IMG/VR virus record: IMGVR_UViG_3300007352_000015
Length of the DNA: 53,893 nt
Origin: a virus
Lineage: Duplodnaviria > Caudoviricetes
Direction: 5' to 3' (one strand)
Positions 23,315 to 33,433 of this stretch are shown here, in pieces. Below the pieces are notes generated by a model. The model searched no databases. It was not told the DNA's origin and saw only the letters and a program-made list of their open reading frames with translations. The position numbers and the translations under genes were made by a program. Numbering within the stretch: the first letter of the stretch is position 1; each line of letters starts with the position of its first letter.

Positions 23315-24127
23315 ATGACAGACATACAGAAGAAATACCACCTGACGCTTAAGGATGGCCTGTATTACAAGGTAGATGGCTCCGCCTTTCCCAAGAAAGC
23401 CGCTCCGAATCTGGTCAGGGGTAAACTAACTGGCGATGGTTACAAGGTGACTGTCGTGCCGGTTCAGCCGGAAGGCTTTGCCCTGCGGATTCTTGACATG
23501 AATGAAAATGCAAGTACGGCCAGTGCGCCGATAGAAAGAGAAGATACAATGCGACAGGCAATTGTGCAGGAGCAGCCCGAAGCGGGCACGACTCAGAATG
23601 AGTCAATCGAGGAACTACGGAACAAGCTGGCTCGACTGGAAGCTGAACAGAAGCAGGGTAACAATGGCGGTACAGATGCGCCGTCAGGGGCAGCCAAGGG
23701 CAGTGCCCCGCGCAAGCGTCCTGAGAGGACACCCTTCTCGTTCAACAAGCTCAAGTTTCCTCAGCGGCCCGGCTACATGCGGCGCGTATTCAACGATGTT
23801 GATGGTGGAATGCGTATCGCTCAGGCCAAGGCGGCTGGTTGGGAAGTGGTCGAAGACCCTTACGCCGTAGTGGATTCCGATAAGAACGTGAACGCGCCGA
23901 GCCAGATGGGCAAGGGCGTGACCCGCCATGTCGGAACCAACGACTCTCACGGTTCAATCACCGGCGTTCTGATGGAAATCCCGCAGGAATGGTATGACGA
24001 GGATCAAGCCAAGAAGAACGAGGTGGTTGACAAGTCCGAAGCGGGGCTGCGCCGCGTCAACAAGGATGGCGTTGTCGGCGGCCTGACCGTTGGAGACCAA
24101 ACACCCGAAAAGAAGTGGCGGGACTAA
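23315..24127 (+). CDS. Conserved head-module protein of unknown function
   Basis: RPGYMRRVFND...AGWEVV...LMEIPQEWY..DQ motif between scaffold and capsid genes. Confidence 0.6.
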   Translation: MTDIQKKYHLTLKDGLYYKVDGSAFPKKAAPNLVRGKLTGDGYKVTVVPVQPEGFALRILDMNENASTASAPIEREDTMRQAIVQEQPEAGTTQNESIEELRNKLARLEAEQKQGNNGGTDAPSGAAKGSAPRKRPERTPFSFNKLKFPQRPGYMRRVFNDVDGGMRIAQAKAAGWEVVEDPYAVVDSDKNVNAPSQMGKGVTRHVGTNDSHGSITGVLMEIPQEWYDEDQAKKNEVVDKSEAGLRRVNKDGVVGGLTVGDQTPEKKWRD

Positions 24128-24149
24128 CTCCCGCAAGGAGTGATTTACT

Positions 24150-24776
24150 GTGGCAAATCTTGATCGCGTCAATGGGTTCAAACCCGTTGGCACCCTCAGC
24201 GGAGGCAAAGGCTCCATTGGATGGATTCAGAAGTGCCTTGTCGATGAGGATGATTCCACTGCCGTTGCCGTAGGCGATATTGTCGTCTTGGCTTCTGGCA
24301 ACGAAAGTCTTGGCATTCCGACCGTAGCTGCGTCGGCTGCCCAAGATGTGCCTTACGGCGTAGTCGTGGGCATCGAAAACTGGGACGGTAGCGATTCTTC
24401 CGTCACCCAGACTCTCGACAAACCGCGCTATCGTCCGGCGTCTGTTCGTGGCTACGCACTTGTAGCCATCGCCCCCGATCTGGTTATGGAAGCCCAGATC
24501 AGTACCGGCGGCGACCTTGAAGATGGTGACATTGGTGCCAACGCCGATCTGGTCGCTGGTGGCGTTGATACTGCGGCCCAGACCTCCGGTATGGAACTGA
24601 ACTATGCCACGATGGCGGCCACCAATACGCTGGTCTTCAAGATCATCGAACTGCTGCCGCGTGAGGATAACGCTCTCGGCGCTCATGCTAAGGTTCTGTG
24701 CACGTTCAACCTGCACGATCTGGCTGGCGGCGCTGACACCACTGGTTCCACTGGTTCTACTGGCGTTCATGCTTAA
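24150..24776 (+). CDS. Capsid decoration / minor capsid protein
   Basis: MANLDRVNGFKPVG...VAVGDIV...GVVVG; immediately before MCP; AAGGAG RBS. Confidence 0.7.
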   Translation: MANLDRVNGFKPVGTLSGGKGSIGWIQKCLVDEDDSTAVAVGDIVVLASGNESLGIPTVAASAAQDVPYGVVVGIENWDGSDSSVTQTLDKPRYRPASVRGYALVAIAPDLVMEAQISTGGDLEDGDIGANADLVAGGVDTAAQTSGMELNYATMAATNTLVFKIIELLPREDNALGAHAKVLCTFNLHDLAGGADTTGSTGSTGVHA

Positions 24777-24835
24777 TCTCGGCTGTTTTGTTTTTAACGA
24801 GCAGATTTACTAACTGCATATCACGGAGATAAACA

Positions 24836-25759
24836 ATGTCTGTACCGATTACCCGTGGTGATCTTGCGAAGATGCTCTGGCCGGGATTGAACAAGATTTT
24901 CGGCCAGGAGTACGCGGAACACCCTGTTATTTACGAACGTCTGTTTAAGAAGTTCACTTCAACCAAGGCATACGAGGAAGAAGTCGGTCTGACCGGCCTC
25001 GGACTCGTGCCGATCAAGACCGAAGGCTCTCCCGTGCTGATGGATAGCATGGCTCAGGGCTACATCAAGCGCTATACGCACGTTACCTACGCTTCCGGCT
25101 TCAAGGTTACTATGGAAGCGGCTGAGGACAACCAGTACCAGCTTACGCAGCAGATGATGAGAAGTCCGCGTGCGCTGGCCTACTCGATCCGTCAGACCAA
25201 GGAAACGATTGCGGCCAACATCTTCAACCGTGGGTTTACCTCGACGTATCCGGGTGCCGACAGCCTGGAACTGTTCTCGCTGCTCCATACCAATGGCGGC
25301 GGCAACGGTGGAACCTACCAGAACGAACTGACGACTGCGGCTGACCTGAGCGAAGCGGCTCTGGAACAGGCTTCCATTGACATGGGTGCCTGGACGAACG
25401 ACCGTGGCCTGAAGATCAGCGCCCAGATTACCGCACTGGTAGTCCCTGTCGCGCTGAAGTTCGAGGCGTACCGGATCACCAAGAGCGTCCTGCGTCCGGG
25501 CACGGCGAACAATGACCCCAACGCGCTGCATGCAATGGGCACCGTGCCGGAGATCATCGTATCGCCGTATCTGACCGACAGTGATGCGTGGTTCCTTCTG
25601 ACGGACGTGCCCGATGGCCTGAAGTATTTTGAGCGCAAGGGCGACACGTTTGAAATCGACAACGAGTTCCTGACGATGGACGCCATCTACACCGGTCACT
25701 TCCGTTGCAGCTTTGGCTGGACTGACCCGAAAGGTGCTTTCGGATCAAGTGGGGCATAG
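24836..25759 (+). CDS. Major capsid protein (HK97 fold, Mu gpT-like family)
   Basis: LWPGLN..FG.EY, YEEEVGLTG.G...KTEG, LVVPVALKF.A, SPYLTDSDAWFL, FGWTDP.G.FGS.GA. Confidence 0.9.
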   Translation: MSVPITRGDLAKMLWPGLNKIFGQEYAEHPVIYERLFKKFTSTKAYEEEVGLTGLGLVPIKTEGSPVLMDSMAQGYIKRYTHVTYASGFKVTMEAAEDNQYQLTQQMMRSPRALAYSIRQTKETIAANIFNRGFTSTYPGADSLELFSLLHTNGGGNGGTYQNELTTAADLSEAALEQASIDMGAWTNDRGLKISAQITALVVPVALKFEAYRITKSVLRPGTANNDPNALHAMGTVPEIIVSPYLTDSDAWFLLTDVPDGLKYFERKGDTFEIDNEFLTMDAIYTGHFRCSFGWTDPKGAFGSSGA

Positions 25760-25776
25760 GCTATACCTGCTTGACA

Positions 25777-25810
25777 CAGATTGGACTGGCTTTCGGGTCA
25801 GTCCAGTCTG
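25777..25810 (+). terminator. Strong hairpin after MCP (terminator or stabiliser)
   Basis: CAGATTGGACTGGC-TTTCGG-GTCAGTCCAGTCTG. Confidence 0.6.
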
Positions 25811-25871
25811 AATTAAAAAATATCCGAACTGCGGGTATTTCACTTATCGACGCCACTGGCGTCCGCAGGAG

Positions 25872-26792
25872 ATGCAAATGGTATACTCAAATTTCCCTAA
25901 AGGGTTCAGGGATGGCGTGACCATTCTTGACCTTCCTCACCAGCCGCTGGTCAACCCGGCCAATAAGGTGCTCTGGGTTGATTCCGGGGCTGACCGTAAC
26001 GGCGACGGTTCGTATCATGTACCGTATGCCACTGTGGCTGCCGCGATCTCTGCGGCCAGTGCCGGCGATACGATTATGATTGCCGCCGGACACACTGAGA
26101 ACCTTTCCAGCGCAACCATCTTTGCCGTAGCGACCGCCAGCCTGACGTTTATCGGCATGGGCGAGGGGCAGCGTATTCCGAAGTTTACAACTACGGCTAC
26201 CGCTGGCGCTCTGATGGTCACGGCAGCCAACTGCGTGTTCCAGAACCTGCGGTTCGTAGCTGGTATCGACAACACCGTGCAGGCTATCGATCTGTCGGCT
26301 GATGCCGATGGGACTATTATCCGTCGGTGTATCTTCGAGGACACGGCCAGCAACAAAGAGTTCCTGAAACACATTGACATCGCCACCACCATCGCCAACG
26401 TCATTATCGAGGACTGCGAGTTCATCTGTACCGCAGGCGGCGGCATGACGAGTTCGATCTTCTTTACAGGGTCGAGTTCCGATGTTGTGATCCGCAATAA
26501 CTTCTTCTGGGTGGATGCCTCGGCCTCAGTCATCGATCACCTGACGGGCATTGCAACGAACATCCTGATCCATGACAACCGGATGGTCAACCTTGACGCT
26601 ACCACCGTTCTGGGCCTCGGCATTAAATCCGACAGCACCAGCACTGGACAGGTATTCGATAACTATATCTTCTGTAGTGAAGCGGCTTCCGCGATCTTCG
26701 CGGTGACGAACGATTTCTTCGTCTGCGAGAACTACAGCACCAATAACATCAACGCCAGTGGCGTATTGCAGCCTGCTGCCGATACCATCTAA
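25872..26792 (+). CDS. Right-handed beta-helix virion protein, paralog 1
   Basis: WVDS..RNGDGSY..PYATV..AI..GDTIMIAAGHTE cap, then N-ladder beta-helix repeats. Confidence 0.75.
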   Translation: MQMVYSNFPKGFRDGVTILDLPHQPLVNPANKVLWVDSGADRNGDGSYHVPYATVAAAISAASAGDTIMIAAGHTENLSSATIFAVATASLTFIGMGEGQRIPKFTTTATAGALMVTAANCVFQNLRFVAGIDNTVQAIDLSADADGTIIRRCIFEDTASNKEFLKHIDIATTIANVIIEDCEFICTAGGGMTSSIFFTGSSSDVVIRNNFFWVDASASVIDHLTGIATNILIHDNRMVNLDATTVLGLGIKSDSTSTGQVFDNYIFCSEAASAIFAVTNDFFVCENYSTNNINASGVLQPAADTI

Positions 26793-26818
26793 CTGACGAC
26801 GCCGAAGGGAGACGACAA

Positions 26819-27736
26819 ATGAGTAAGCTTTTAGCAGCTTCCAGCGCGGGTGCCGTCATTCAGGGTATCCCGACTTCACAGATTCCGAACTCGAATAAAA
26901 AGACCATCTGGGTGGATGCTAATTTCACTCAGGGTCGGCGCGATGGCTCACGGCTCGGCCCGTATGCCACTATTGACGCGGCTATTGCCAAGGCTGCGAC
27001 CGGGGATACTATCCTGATCGCTGCGGGCCATACCGAGAATATGTCTACCGCCGCCATCTTCGCCGTTGACGTTGCGGGATTGACTATCCGTGGCTTGGGC
27101 GAAGGTGAACGCAGGCCGACATTCACCTCGACTGCCGCCGCTGGCGCGTGCATGATTACTGTCGCCAATACGGTGCTGGAGAACCTCAAGTTCGTGGCGA
27201 ACTTCGCTACCGGCACCACGCAGGCCATTGATCTCGCCGCCGCCGCCGATGGCACGATCATCCGTAATTGCGCCTTCCGTGATACCAGTGCGGCCAATGA
27301 GTTCCTGATCCATATCGACATCGCCACTACGATTGCGAACGTGGTGATCGAAGGCTGCGATTTCACGACCGCCGCCGGTTCGATGACAAGTTCGATTTTC
27401 TTCACCGGCACCAGCAGCAACGTTGTGATTCGCAACAACCGTTGGCAGGTGGATGCTTCGGCTTCGGTTATTGACCATCTGACCGACAACCCGTCGCTGA
27501 TCCGTATCCATAACAACCGGATCGTGAACATTGATGTTACCGCTGGCCTCGTTATCGGTCTCAAGTCCGATGATGCCGGTACTGGCATTATCTATGACAA
27601 TTATATCCAGTCGCCGTCCACTGGCGCTGCGGTTCTGGCGGCTACGAACGATTTTCATGTAGCGCAGAACTTCTGTAGCAACGACATTAATACCAGTGGC
27701 GTTCTCAACCCGGCTGCTGATACTTACGCGAGTTAA
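26819..27736 (+). CDS. Right-handed beta-helix virion protein, paralog 2
   Basis: Collinear with paralog 1, e.g. HIDIATTIANV, MTSSIFFTG, VDASASVIDHLT. Confidence 0.75.
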   Translation: MSKLLAASSAGAVIQGIPTSQIPNSNKKTIWVDANFTQGRRDGSRLGPYATIDAAIAKAATGDTILIAAGHTENMSTAAIFAVDVAGLTIRGLGEGERRPTFTSTAAAGACMITVANTVLENLKFVANFATGTTQAIDLAAAADGTIIRNCAFRDTSAANEFLIHIDIATTIANVVIEGCDFTTAAGSMTSSIFFTGTSSNVVIRNNRWQVDASASVIDHLTDNPSLIRIHNNRIVNIDVTAGLVIGLKSDDAGTGIIYDNYIQSPSTGAAVLAATNDFHVAQNFCSNDINTSGVLNPAADTYAS

Positions 27737-27804
27737 ACTGTCCGCTTGGGAGATCGGGGCTTCGGCCCCGGTCATCCTGACATCATAATGTTAAGGAGGA
27801 ATTA

Positions 27805-29055
27805 ATGAGGCCAGTTAATGTAACAATCGGCCTGTCTCCGGCGGATGCGGATGGGATATGCGCGTCGCAGACTACTGCTGCGGCAGCCGAACTCGATCTC
27901 AGTGGCGGGGCATTAAGCGCCGCCACGGGTATCGCTCGATTGGCTACAGCCGCTCAGATCGTTATTACCTGCGCCGCCGATGAGACTGGCAACACTTTCA
28001 TCGTTACCGGCGTTAATGGTAGCGGCCTGCCCGTCGAGGAACGCATTACCGGCGTAAGTGCCTCTGCGGCTACGAGCGTCCAGAGTTACCGCGAGGTGTC
28101 CCGCATCTATATTACGGGAGCCACTTCCGGCAACGTCAGCGTTGGCGTCTCCGGCTCTACGCAGTCGATTTCGGTCAACCAGACAGCCACCGCCGCAAGG
28201 GCGTTGACGATCACCGGCATAATGAGTTACGAAGCCAAGATGACCGGCTACGCCGACAACGGCGCACCCCTGCCTGTTCTGATTTATTCCGCTGGTGATG
28301 ATACGGGTGATACGTTTACGATCTACGGCCAGGATGGCAACGGCGTGGATATCTCCGAAGCCGTTACCGGGGCCAACGCCGATACAGCCACCAGCACCAA
28401 GACATTCAGGAAGGTCTACGCCATCTACGACAGTGGAGCATCTACCGGAGCGGTATACGCCGGGTGGGCTTCCGATGTGGATGGTATCGCCAAGAGCCAG
28501 ACGATGGCCGGGGCGGGCTACCTTGTAATGAACGGTGCCAAGTGTACCACTCAGCCGCGCCACGTATCCATCTATTCCAGTGCCGATGAATCAGCCTTCA
28601 CGTTCACCGTAGTCGGCACCGACCGTACCGGCGCTCGCTTGACTGAGGACATCACCGGCCCGACCGCTGCGGCTACCGCTAAAGGCAATAAGAACTTCGC
28701 TACCGTTCAGGCTGTGTATATCAACGGCAACGCGGCTGGCAATATCACCGTCGGCTCGGCTGACGAGTGTGAAAGCAAGCCGATCATCGTTGACTACTTC
28801 ACCAGCGGCATGTCGGTTGCCATTCTCCATTCCACCAGCGACAGCCAGACGCATCGCTTCCTGGTTACGCTGGATAACCTGCTGTCGGGCGAACGCAATG
28901 AGGACACCGCCCGCTGGCTGGAGGAGACCGGCACTGCAACAGCGAATGAAACATTTTCGTCTACATCCGTGGTCAAGGCGGTTCGCCTTGAGATCACCGG
29001 CCACGTTCGCGGGGCCGTTGACATGCTGATGAACTTCCCTGGGTATAACGATTAA
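27805..29055 (+). CDS. Virion structural protein with three tandem beta-rich repeats
   Basis: Three copies of I.S..D....FT..G.D..G....E.ITG......S.K.F..V..IY..GA..G.V.VG. Confidence 0.7.
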   Translation: MRPVNVTIGLSPADADGICASQTTAAAAELDLSGGALSAATGIARLATAAQIVITCAADETGNTFIVTGVNGSGLPVEERITGVSASAATSVQSYREVSRIYITGATSGNVSVGVSGSTQSISVNQTATAARALTITGIMSYEAKMTGYADNGAPLPVLIYSAGDDTGDTFTIYGQDGNGVDISEAVTGANADTATSTKTFRKVYAIYDSGASTGAVYAGWASDVDGIAKSQTMAGAGYLVMNGAKCTTQPRHVSIYSSADESAFTFTVVGTDRTGARLTEDITGPTAAATAKGNKNFATVQAVYINGNAAGNITVGSADECESKPIIVDYFTSGMSVAILHSTSDSQTHRFLVTLDNLLSGERNEDTARWLEETGTATANETFSSTSVVKAVRLEITGHVRGAVDMLMNFPGYND

Positions 29056-29336
29056 TGGGACGCACAGGTAAATACCGTCCGGGCGAGTACCTTGTTAATT
29101 GTGCGATCTGCGGGCGCAATCGGTATTCCAGTGATGTCACTAAAAACTGGAAGGGGCAAATGGTCTGTACCGACAGTTGTTTCGAGACCAGGCATCCCCA
29201 TGACAGGGTGAAGGTTCGGCCCGACACCGCCAGACCTGCAAATCCACGACCGGACGGCAACCAGACCGAAGCCTTCACCCCGATGGGGACTATTACTGCG
29301 GATGACCTTCACGAGTACGATGGTGTAGCGCTGTAG
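29055..29336 (+). CDS. Small Zn-finger head-completion-region protein
   Basis: CAICG...WKGQMVC..CFETRHP...P..RPD. Confidence 0.65.
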   Translation: MGRTGKYRPGEYLVNCAICGRNRYSSDVTKNWKGQMVCTDSCFETRHPHDRVKVRPDTARPANPRPDGNQTEAFTPMGTITADDLHEYDGVAL

Positions 29337-29344
29337 GAGATGAT

Positions 29345-29512
29345 ATGCCGCGCCCGAAGAAAGGCGAAAGCAAGCAGGCTTACGTAAGCCGGGCTATCCC
29401 GATAATCGCCGATGAACACCCGGAGTTGTCCCGGAAAGCTCGTGTCGGGCGGGCGTTCGGAATGTATGACTCGCACAAAAAGAAGTGCAGACGCAGAGCC
29501 TTGACCGAATAG
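29345..29512 (+). CDS. 55-aa basic protein
   Basis: AGGAG RBS; MPRPKKGESKQAYVSRAIP...EHP. Confidence 0.55.
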   Translation: MPRPKKGESKQAYVSRAIPIIADEHPELSRKARVGRAFGMYDSHKKKCRRRALTE

Positions 29513-29522
29513 GCGGTGAACG

Positions 29523-30485
29523 ATGGCTACAAGCGGTGTTGTAACTTTAAGCACCAGTCAGGACGCCCTGATCCGCCGGGCTTTCCGGCTGCTTGGATTA
29601 ATACAGGTGGGTGGCACGCGCTATCCCGAAGAGATGGACAATGCGGCTGAAGCCCTGAACTCCATGCTCAAAGAGTGGGATTCTCAGGGCGTTGGTTTGT
29701 GGCTGATAAAGCCGGTCACTTTATATCCTCAAATGGATAGTGCATCTTACAACCTTGGGCCAAGCGGCGACCACGCAACGCTGTCCGGGGTCAGCACCGA
29801 GACCTCCGCTGCCGCTTCAAGCGGCGCAAGCACTATATCTGTAGATAGTGCAACAGGAATAGCGGACACATACTACATCGGTGTTGAACTGGACAGCGGT
29901 TCTTTTCAGTGGACTACCGTGAATGGTACGCCGCCCGCCTTGGTTGTAACGCTGGATGACGTACTGACCGATGATGTCGATGATGGCGCTACGGTAGTTT
30001 GCTATCAGACTAAGATCGCAAGGCCGCTCAGGATCAAGAACCCGCGTTACAAGAACAGTAGCGGCTACGAGCGTCCGCTTGATCTGTTGAGCCGGAGCGA
30101 ATATCAGGGGCTGACCGACAAAACCACCGCACAGAGCGATGGGCCGACAGCCGTGTACTACGACCCTCAGCTTACCAATGGCAAACTGTACGTTTGGCCG
30201 GTAAACTCCAACGTTGACGGCGAGATACTGTTCGATGCCGAGATGCCGATGGAGATTCTGAGCGCCAGAACTGACGAACCTCTGGTCGCCAATGAGTGGC
30301 AGAACACTATCGCGCTTAATCTGGCCGCGCTTATTGGTCTTGAATATCCGCTGGAAGTAAGCAAGCAGCATCTCGCCTATGTGGATGCGCGTGCGCGGGA
30401 AGCGTTTATGAAACTCAAGCGTTGGGACGAAGAGGTCACGAGCCTCTTCCTTGGCCCTGATTTGTCAATGGGCGGTTATTTCTAA
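29523..30485 (+). CDS. Head-tail adaptor (P22 gp4-like) paralog 1 with inserted beta domain
   Basis: LIRRAFRLLG...EALNSMLKEW; RP.RI...Y..L.DK...PT.VYYD...G.LYVWP; NLAA. Confidence 0.75.
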   Translation: MATSGVVTLSTSQDALIRRAFRLLGLIQVGGTRYPEEMDNAAEALNSMLKEWDSQGVGLWLIKPVTLYPQMDSASYNLGPSGDHATLSGVSTETSAAASSGASTISVDSATGIADTYYIGVELDSGSFQWTTVNGTPPALVVTLDDVLTDDVDDGATVVCYQTKIARPLRIKNPRYKNSSGYERPLDLLSRSEYQGLTDKTTAQSDGPTAVYYDPQLTNGKLYVWPVNSNVDGEILFDAEMPMEILSARTDEPLVANEWQNTIALNLAALIGLEYPLEVSKQHLAYVDARAREAFMKLKRWDEEVTSLFLGPDLSMGGYF

Positions 30486-30510
30486 TTTCACGCAGATGGA
30501 GAACTGAAAC

Positions 30511-31548
30511 ATGATACCACGCAACTTGATTAATTCTGCCCTGCGTGCGATTAATGCTATCGGGGCGAATGAAGTTCCTACCAACGACATGTTCGAGGAT
30601 GCCCGCGAGCTATTGAACATGCTGCTGGACTCGTGGAGCGCGGAAGAACTACTGCCCCATGATTACGTGCAAACATCTTTCGACCTGTTGGCTGCGATAG
30701 AGAACTACACTATCGTCGATGGTGCCGAGGCTGATGCCGATGGCATCTGCGTATCTCAGGCTGTTAGTGGAGCGAGCACCCTAACCATTAATGGAGTGGG
30801 AACTGGTTCGGTGACGGTAGCCAGCGGCGTAGCTACAATGGACTACCCGCGCCACGTAAGCGTCCTGAGTGCCGGAGCTAACACGGCGGTCACTATGACC
30901 GTCGTTGGAACCAATACCTATGGCGACGCCATCAGCGAAGTCATTACTATGGGCGGCAATGGCGTTACCACTTATGGCGTTAAACAGTTCAAGACGGTCA
31001 CATCGGTTACATCTTCGGGCGCGGCATCCGGCAACGTATCCGTCGGTAGCGACGCCATTATTGACATCCGCCGTCCGATCAAGATTGTATCGGCCTTCTG
31101 TCGCACCTCGGCTGGCGTCGATACGCCTGTGCTGATCGCTTCCCGCGAGCGCTTCAACGAGATCAGGGACAAGGATGAGGCTGGCACGCCGACCAAGTTG
31201 TACTATGACCGGCTGTATCCGAGCGGTGAAATCTACATCCATCCGACCCCGGCGGCTGCCGGTACACATGACCTCCACCTTGACCTGTGGTTGCCGTTCG
31301 TTACCATCTCGGCATCTTCGGTCGATACCGACATTAACCTGCCGAGCGAGTATCTGTTGGCCTTCAGATGGAACCTCGCGGCTGAACTGGCTCCTGAGTA
31401 TGGCAAGAACGTGACCGAGTTCGTGTTCGCCCGTGCGGCGGAAACCAAGAACGTCATTCGGATGCTGAACAGTATGCCGCCGAAGCCGCTCAGTATGGCG
31501 TCGCCGATCCCACTGGTTAATAATCAGCCAGCGTTTAACAAGAACTAA
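30511..31548 (+). CDS. Head-tail adaptor paralog 2 with inserted repeat domain
   Basis: LINSALRAINAIG...LNMLLDSWS; DKDEAGTPTKLYYDR; LPSEYLLAFRWNLAAELAPEYG. Confidence 0.75.
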   Translation: MIPRNLINSALRAINAIGANEVPTNDMFEDARELLNMLLDSWSAEELLPHDYVQTSFDLLAAIENYTIVDGAEADADGICVSQAVSGASTLTINGVGTGSVTVASGVATMDYPRHVSVLSAGANTAVTMTVVGTNTYGDAISEVITMGGNGVTTYGVKQFKTVTSVTSSGAASGNVSVGSDAIIDIRRPIKIVSAFCRTSAGVDTPVLIASRERFNEIRDKDEAGTPTKLYYDRLYPSGEIYIHPTPAAAGTHDLHLDLWLPFVTISASSVDTDINLPSEYLLAFRWNLAAELAPEYGKNVTEFVFARAAETKNVIRMLNSMPPKPLSMASPIPLVNNQPAFNKN

Positions 31549-31554
31549 GGATAC

Positions 31555-33429
31555 ATGACCGGACGGCAACTGATAACTTCAGCTTTGCGAGCGGTCAACG
31601 CCATCGGCAGCGATGAGGCTCCTGAGTATGGCATGTTCGAGAACGCACGCGAAACGCTGAATCTTCTACTTGGTTCGTGGAGTGCGGAGGAGTTAATGCC
31701 GCACCACTACAGCCCGGTGACGATTCCGCTGTTCGCCAATACGCCGAACTATACCATAAACAACGGGACGGCGTTCGACTCCGATGCCATCTGTCTGGCG
31801 CAAACGCCAGCGGCTGGCGGTAGTCAAGCGCTGACCATCAACGGAACGCTGGCCTCCAGCGGCGTGGCGACTACGGATGTTCCCCGCCATGTTATCATCG
31901 CTTCTACCGCCGATGATTCCGCCAGAACTTTTACCATAGTCGGCACCAATGATTATGGGGATAAGCTGACGGAAGTCGTGTCCGGCCCGAATACCGCTAC
32001 GACCAGAGGACTGCAACGCTTCAAGACAGTAACGAGCGTAACGGTCGATGATGACACGGCGGGAGCTATCTCGGTAGGGACGGATTATATCATCAATGTC
32101 CGCCGCCCCGTCAAGATCGTCAGCGCCATATTGCGGGACTCCGATGGCTACGATGCGGTAATCAAGGTTATCGACAAGAACCGTTACGACGAAATTGGGG
32201 ATAAGGATGAGGCCGGAGCACCCACGAAACTGTACTACGACCGGGTGAATCCTACGGGCGAGGTATACATACATCCTGTACCGGCCACCGGCGTAGCTCT
32301 GGGGATAAACACCGGGACTGAATGTATATCCAATGGCGGGTTTGGGTCATCCACCGGATGGACACTGGATGGCGGAACGTACTGGTCGATAAGCGGTGGT
32401 CAATTAATAAGAACCGCCCCGGTCAGCGAAATGCTTAATAATACTTCGTTTGACACTACCGGTTCATGGACAATTTCGGGCAACGGCAGTCAACCGGACT
32501 GGGTTATTTCCGGCGGCAAGGTGGCATTTGCACAGAACGGCGACACGCTTGAAAATCTATATCAGGCCACGGCGGATATGGTGAGTGCGCTACAGCCGCT
32601 TACGCAATATACGGTCACGGTAGTCATCGAAGCAGGCCCGGTGTTCACTAATTCCGGGCTGTATATTTCACTTGGCGCAGGTAGTGTGAACCAAGGGGCA
32701 GCGGGAACGTCATCTTACATTAACACTGCCGGAACACATGCCGAGACAGTAACGACACCGGCTGTCATCCATGCCAATGGCGTATGGCCGCTTGTTCAAC
32801 TGCCCGGTCTAAGCGGAACGCAGTTCAGTATACTAAGCCTCTCCGTAACCCCGGTGGACGCCGATGATACGGTGACTCAGCTTGATGCTGATTTGGCGGC
32901 ATCTTTCGTTCCGGGGGATAAGTACACCGTGACGTTCGACACTGAGGACGTTACGGATGGCACCGTATCCCCGGCGATAGGGGGCACATCCGGCCCCGCT
33001 GTGTCGTGGAATGACTCGCACTCGTTTGAAGTCACTTGCGGCGTCGGCGCGGACTTCGAGTTGGTAGCATCCAGTGATTTTACGGGCAAGGTGGACAATG
33101 TAAGCGTCTCCGATCTTCCATATAGCACGCTGACGCCAGTGGATTATCAACTTATCATGGACTTATGGCTACCGTTCGTCGAGATTGATGCCGCCAATGT
33201 CGATGATGACATCGGTCTGCCGGGAGAATACCTGCTGGCGCTGCGTTGGAATCTGGCGGCGGAGTTGGTGCCGGAATATGGTAAAGAGGTTTTGCCTTAC
33301 GTCATCATCCGGGCCAGGCAGACAAAAGACACGATCAAAATGCTTAATGGGATTATTCCGAAAAAGTTCAACGCGGGCCGTCCGGTGCCATCGATCAATG
33401 GCCAGCCAGCCATAACGCGGATAGGATAA
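31555..33429 (+). CDS. Head-tail adaptor paralog 3 with repeat-domain and nested CBM-like insertions
   Basis: Same scaffold as paralog 2 (DKDEAGAPTKLYYDR; LPGEYLLALRWNLAAELVPEYG) plus ~280 extra residues. Confidence 0.75.
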   Translation: MTGRQLITSALRAVNAIGSDEAPEYGMFENARETLNLLLGSWSAEELMPHHYSPVTIPLFANTPNYTINNGTAFDSDAICLAQTPAAGGSQALTINGTLASSGVATTDVPRHVIIASTADDSARTFTIVGTNDYGDKLTEVVSGPNTATTRGLQRFKTVTSVTVDDDTAGAISVGTDYIINVRRPVKIVSAILRDSDGYDAVIKVIDKNRYDEIGDKDEAGAPTKLYYDRVNPTGEVYIHPVPATGVALGINTGTECISNGGFGSSTGWTLDGGTYWSISGGQLIRTAPVSEMLNNTSFDTTGSWTISGNGSQPDWVISGGKVAFAQNGDTLENLYQATADMVSALQPLTQYTVTVVIEAGPVFTNSGLYISLGAGSVNQGAAGTSSYINTAGTHAETVTTPAVIHANGVWPLVQLPGLSGTQFSILSLSVTPVDADDTVTQLDADLAASFVPGDKYTVTFDTEDVTDGTVSPAIGGTSGPAVSWNDSHSFEVTCGVGADFELVASSDFTGKVDNVSVSDLPYSTLTPVDYQLIMDLWLPFVEIDAANVDDDIGLPGEYLLALRWNLAAELVPEYGKEVLPYVIIRARQTKDTIKMLNGIIPKKFNAGRPVPSINGQPAITRIG

Positions 33430-33433
33430 GACA

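Noticed and set aside
25872-33429. Diversity-generating retroelement behind the paralogous repeats
   Set aside because: No reverse transcriptase in the window, and the copies differ at all base types rather than only at adenines
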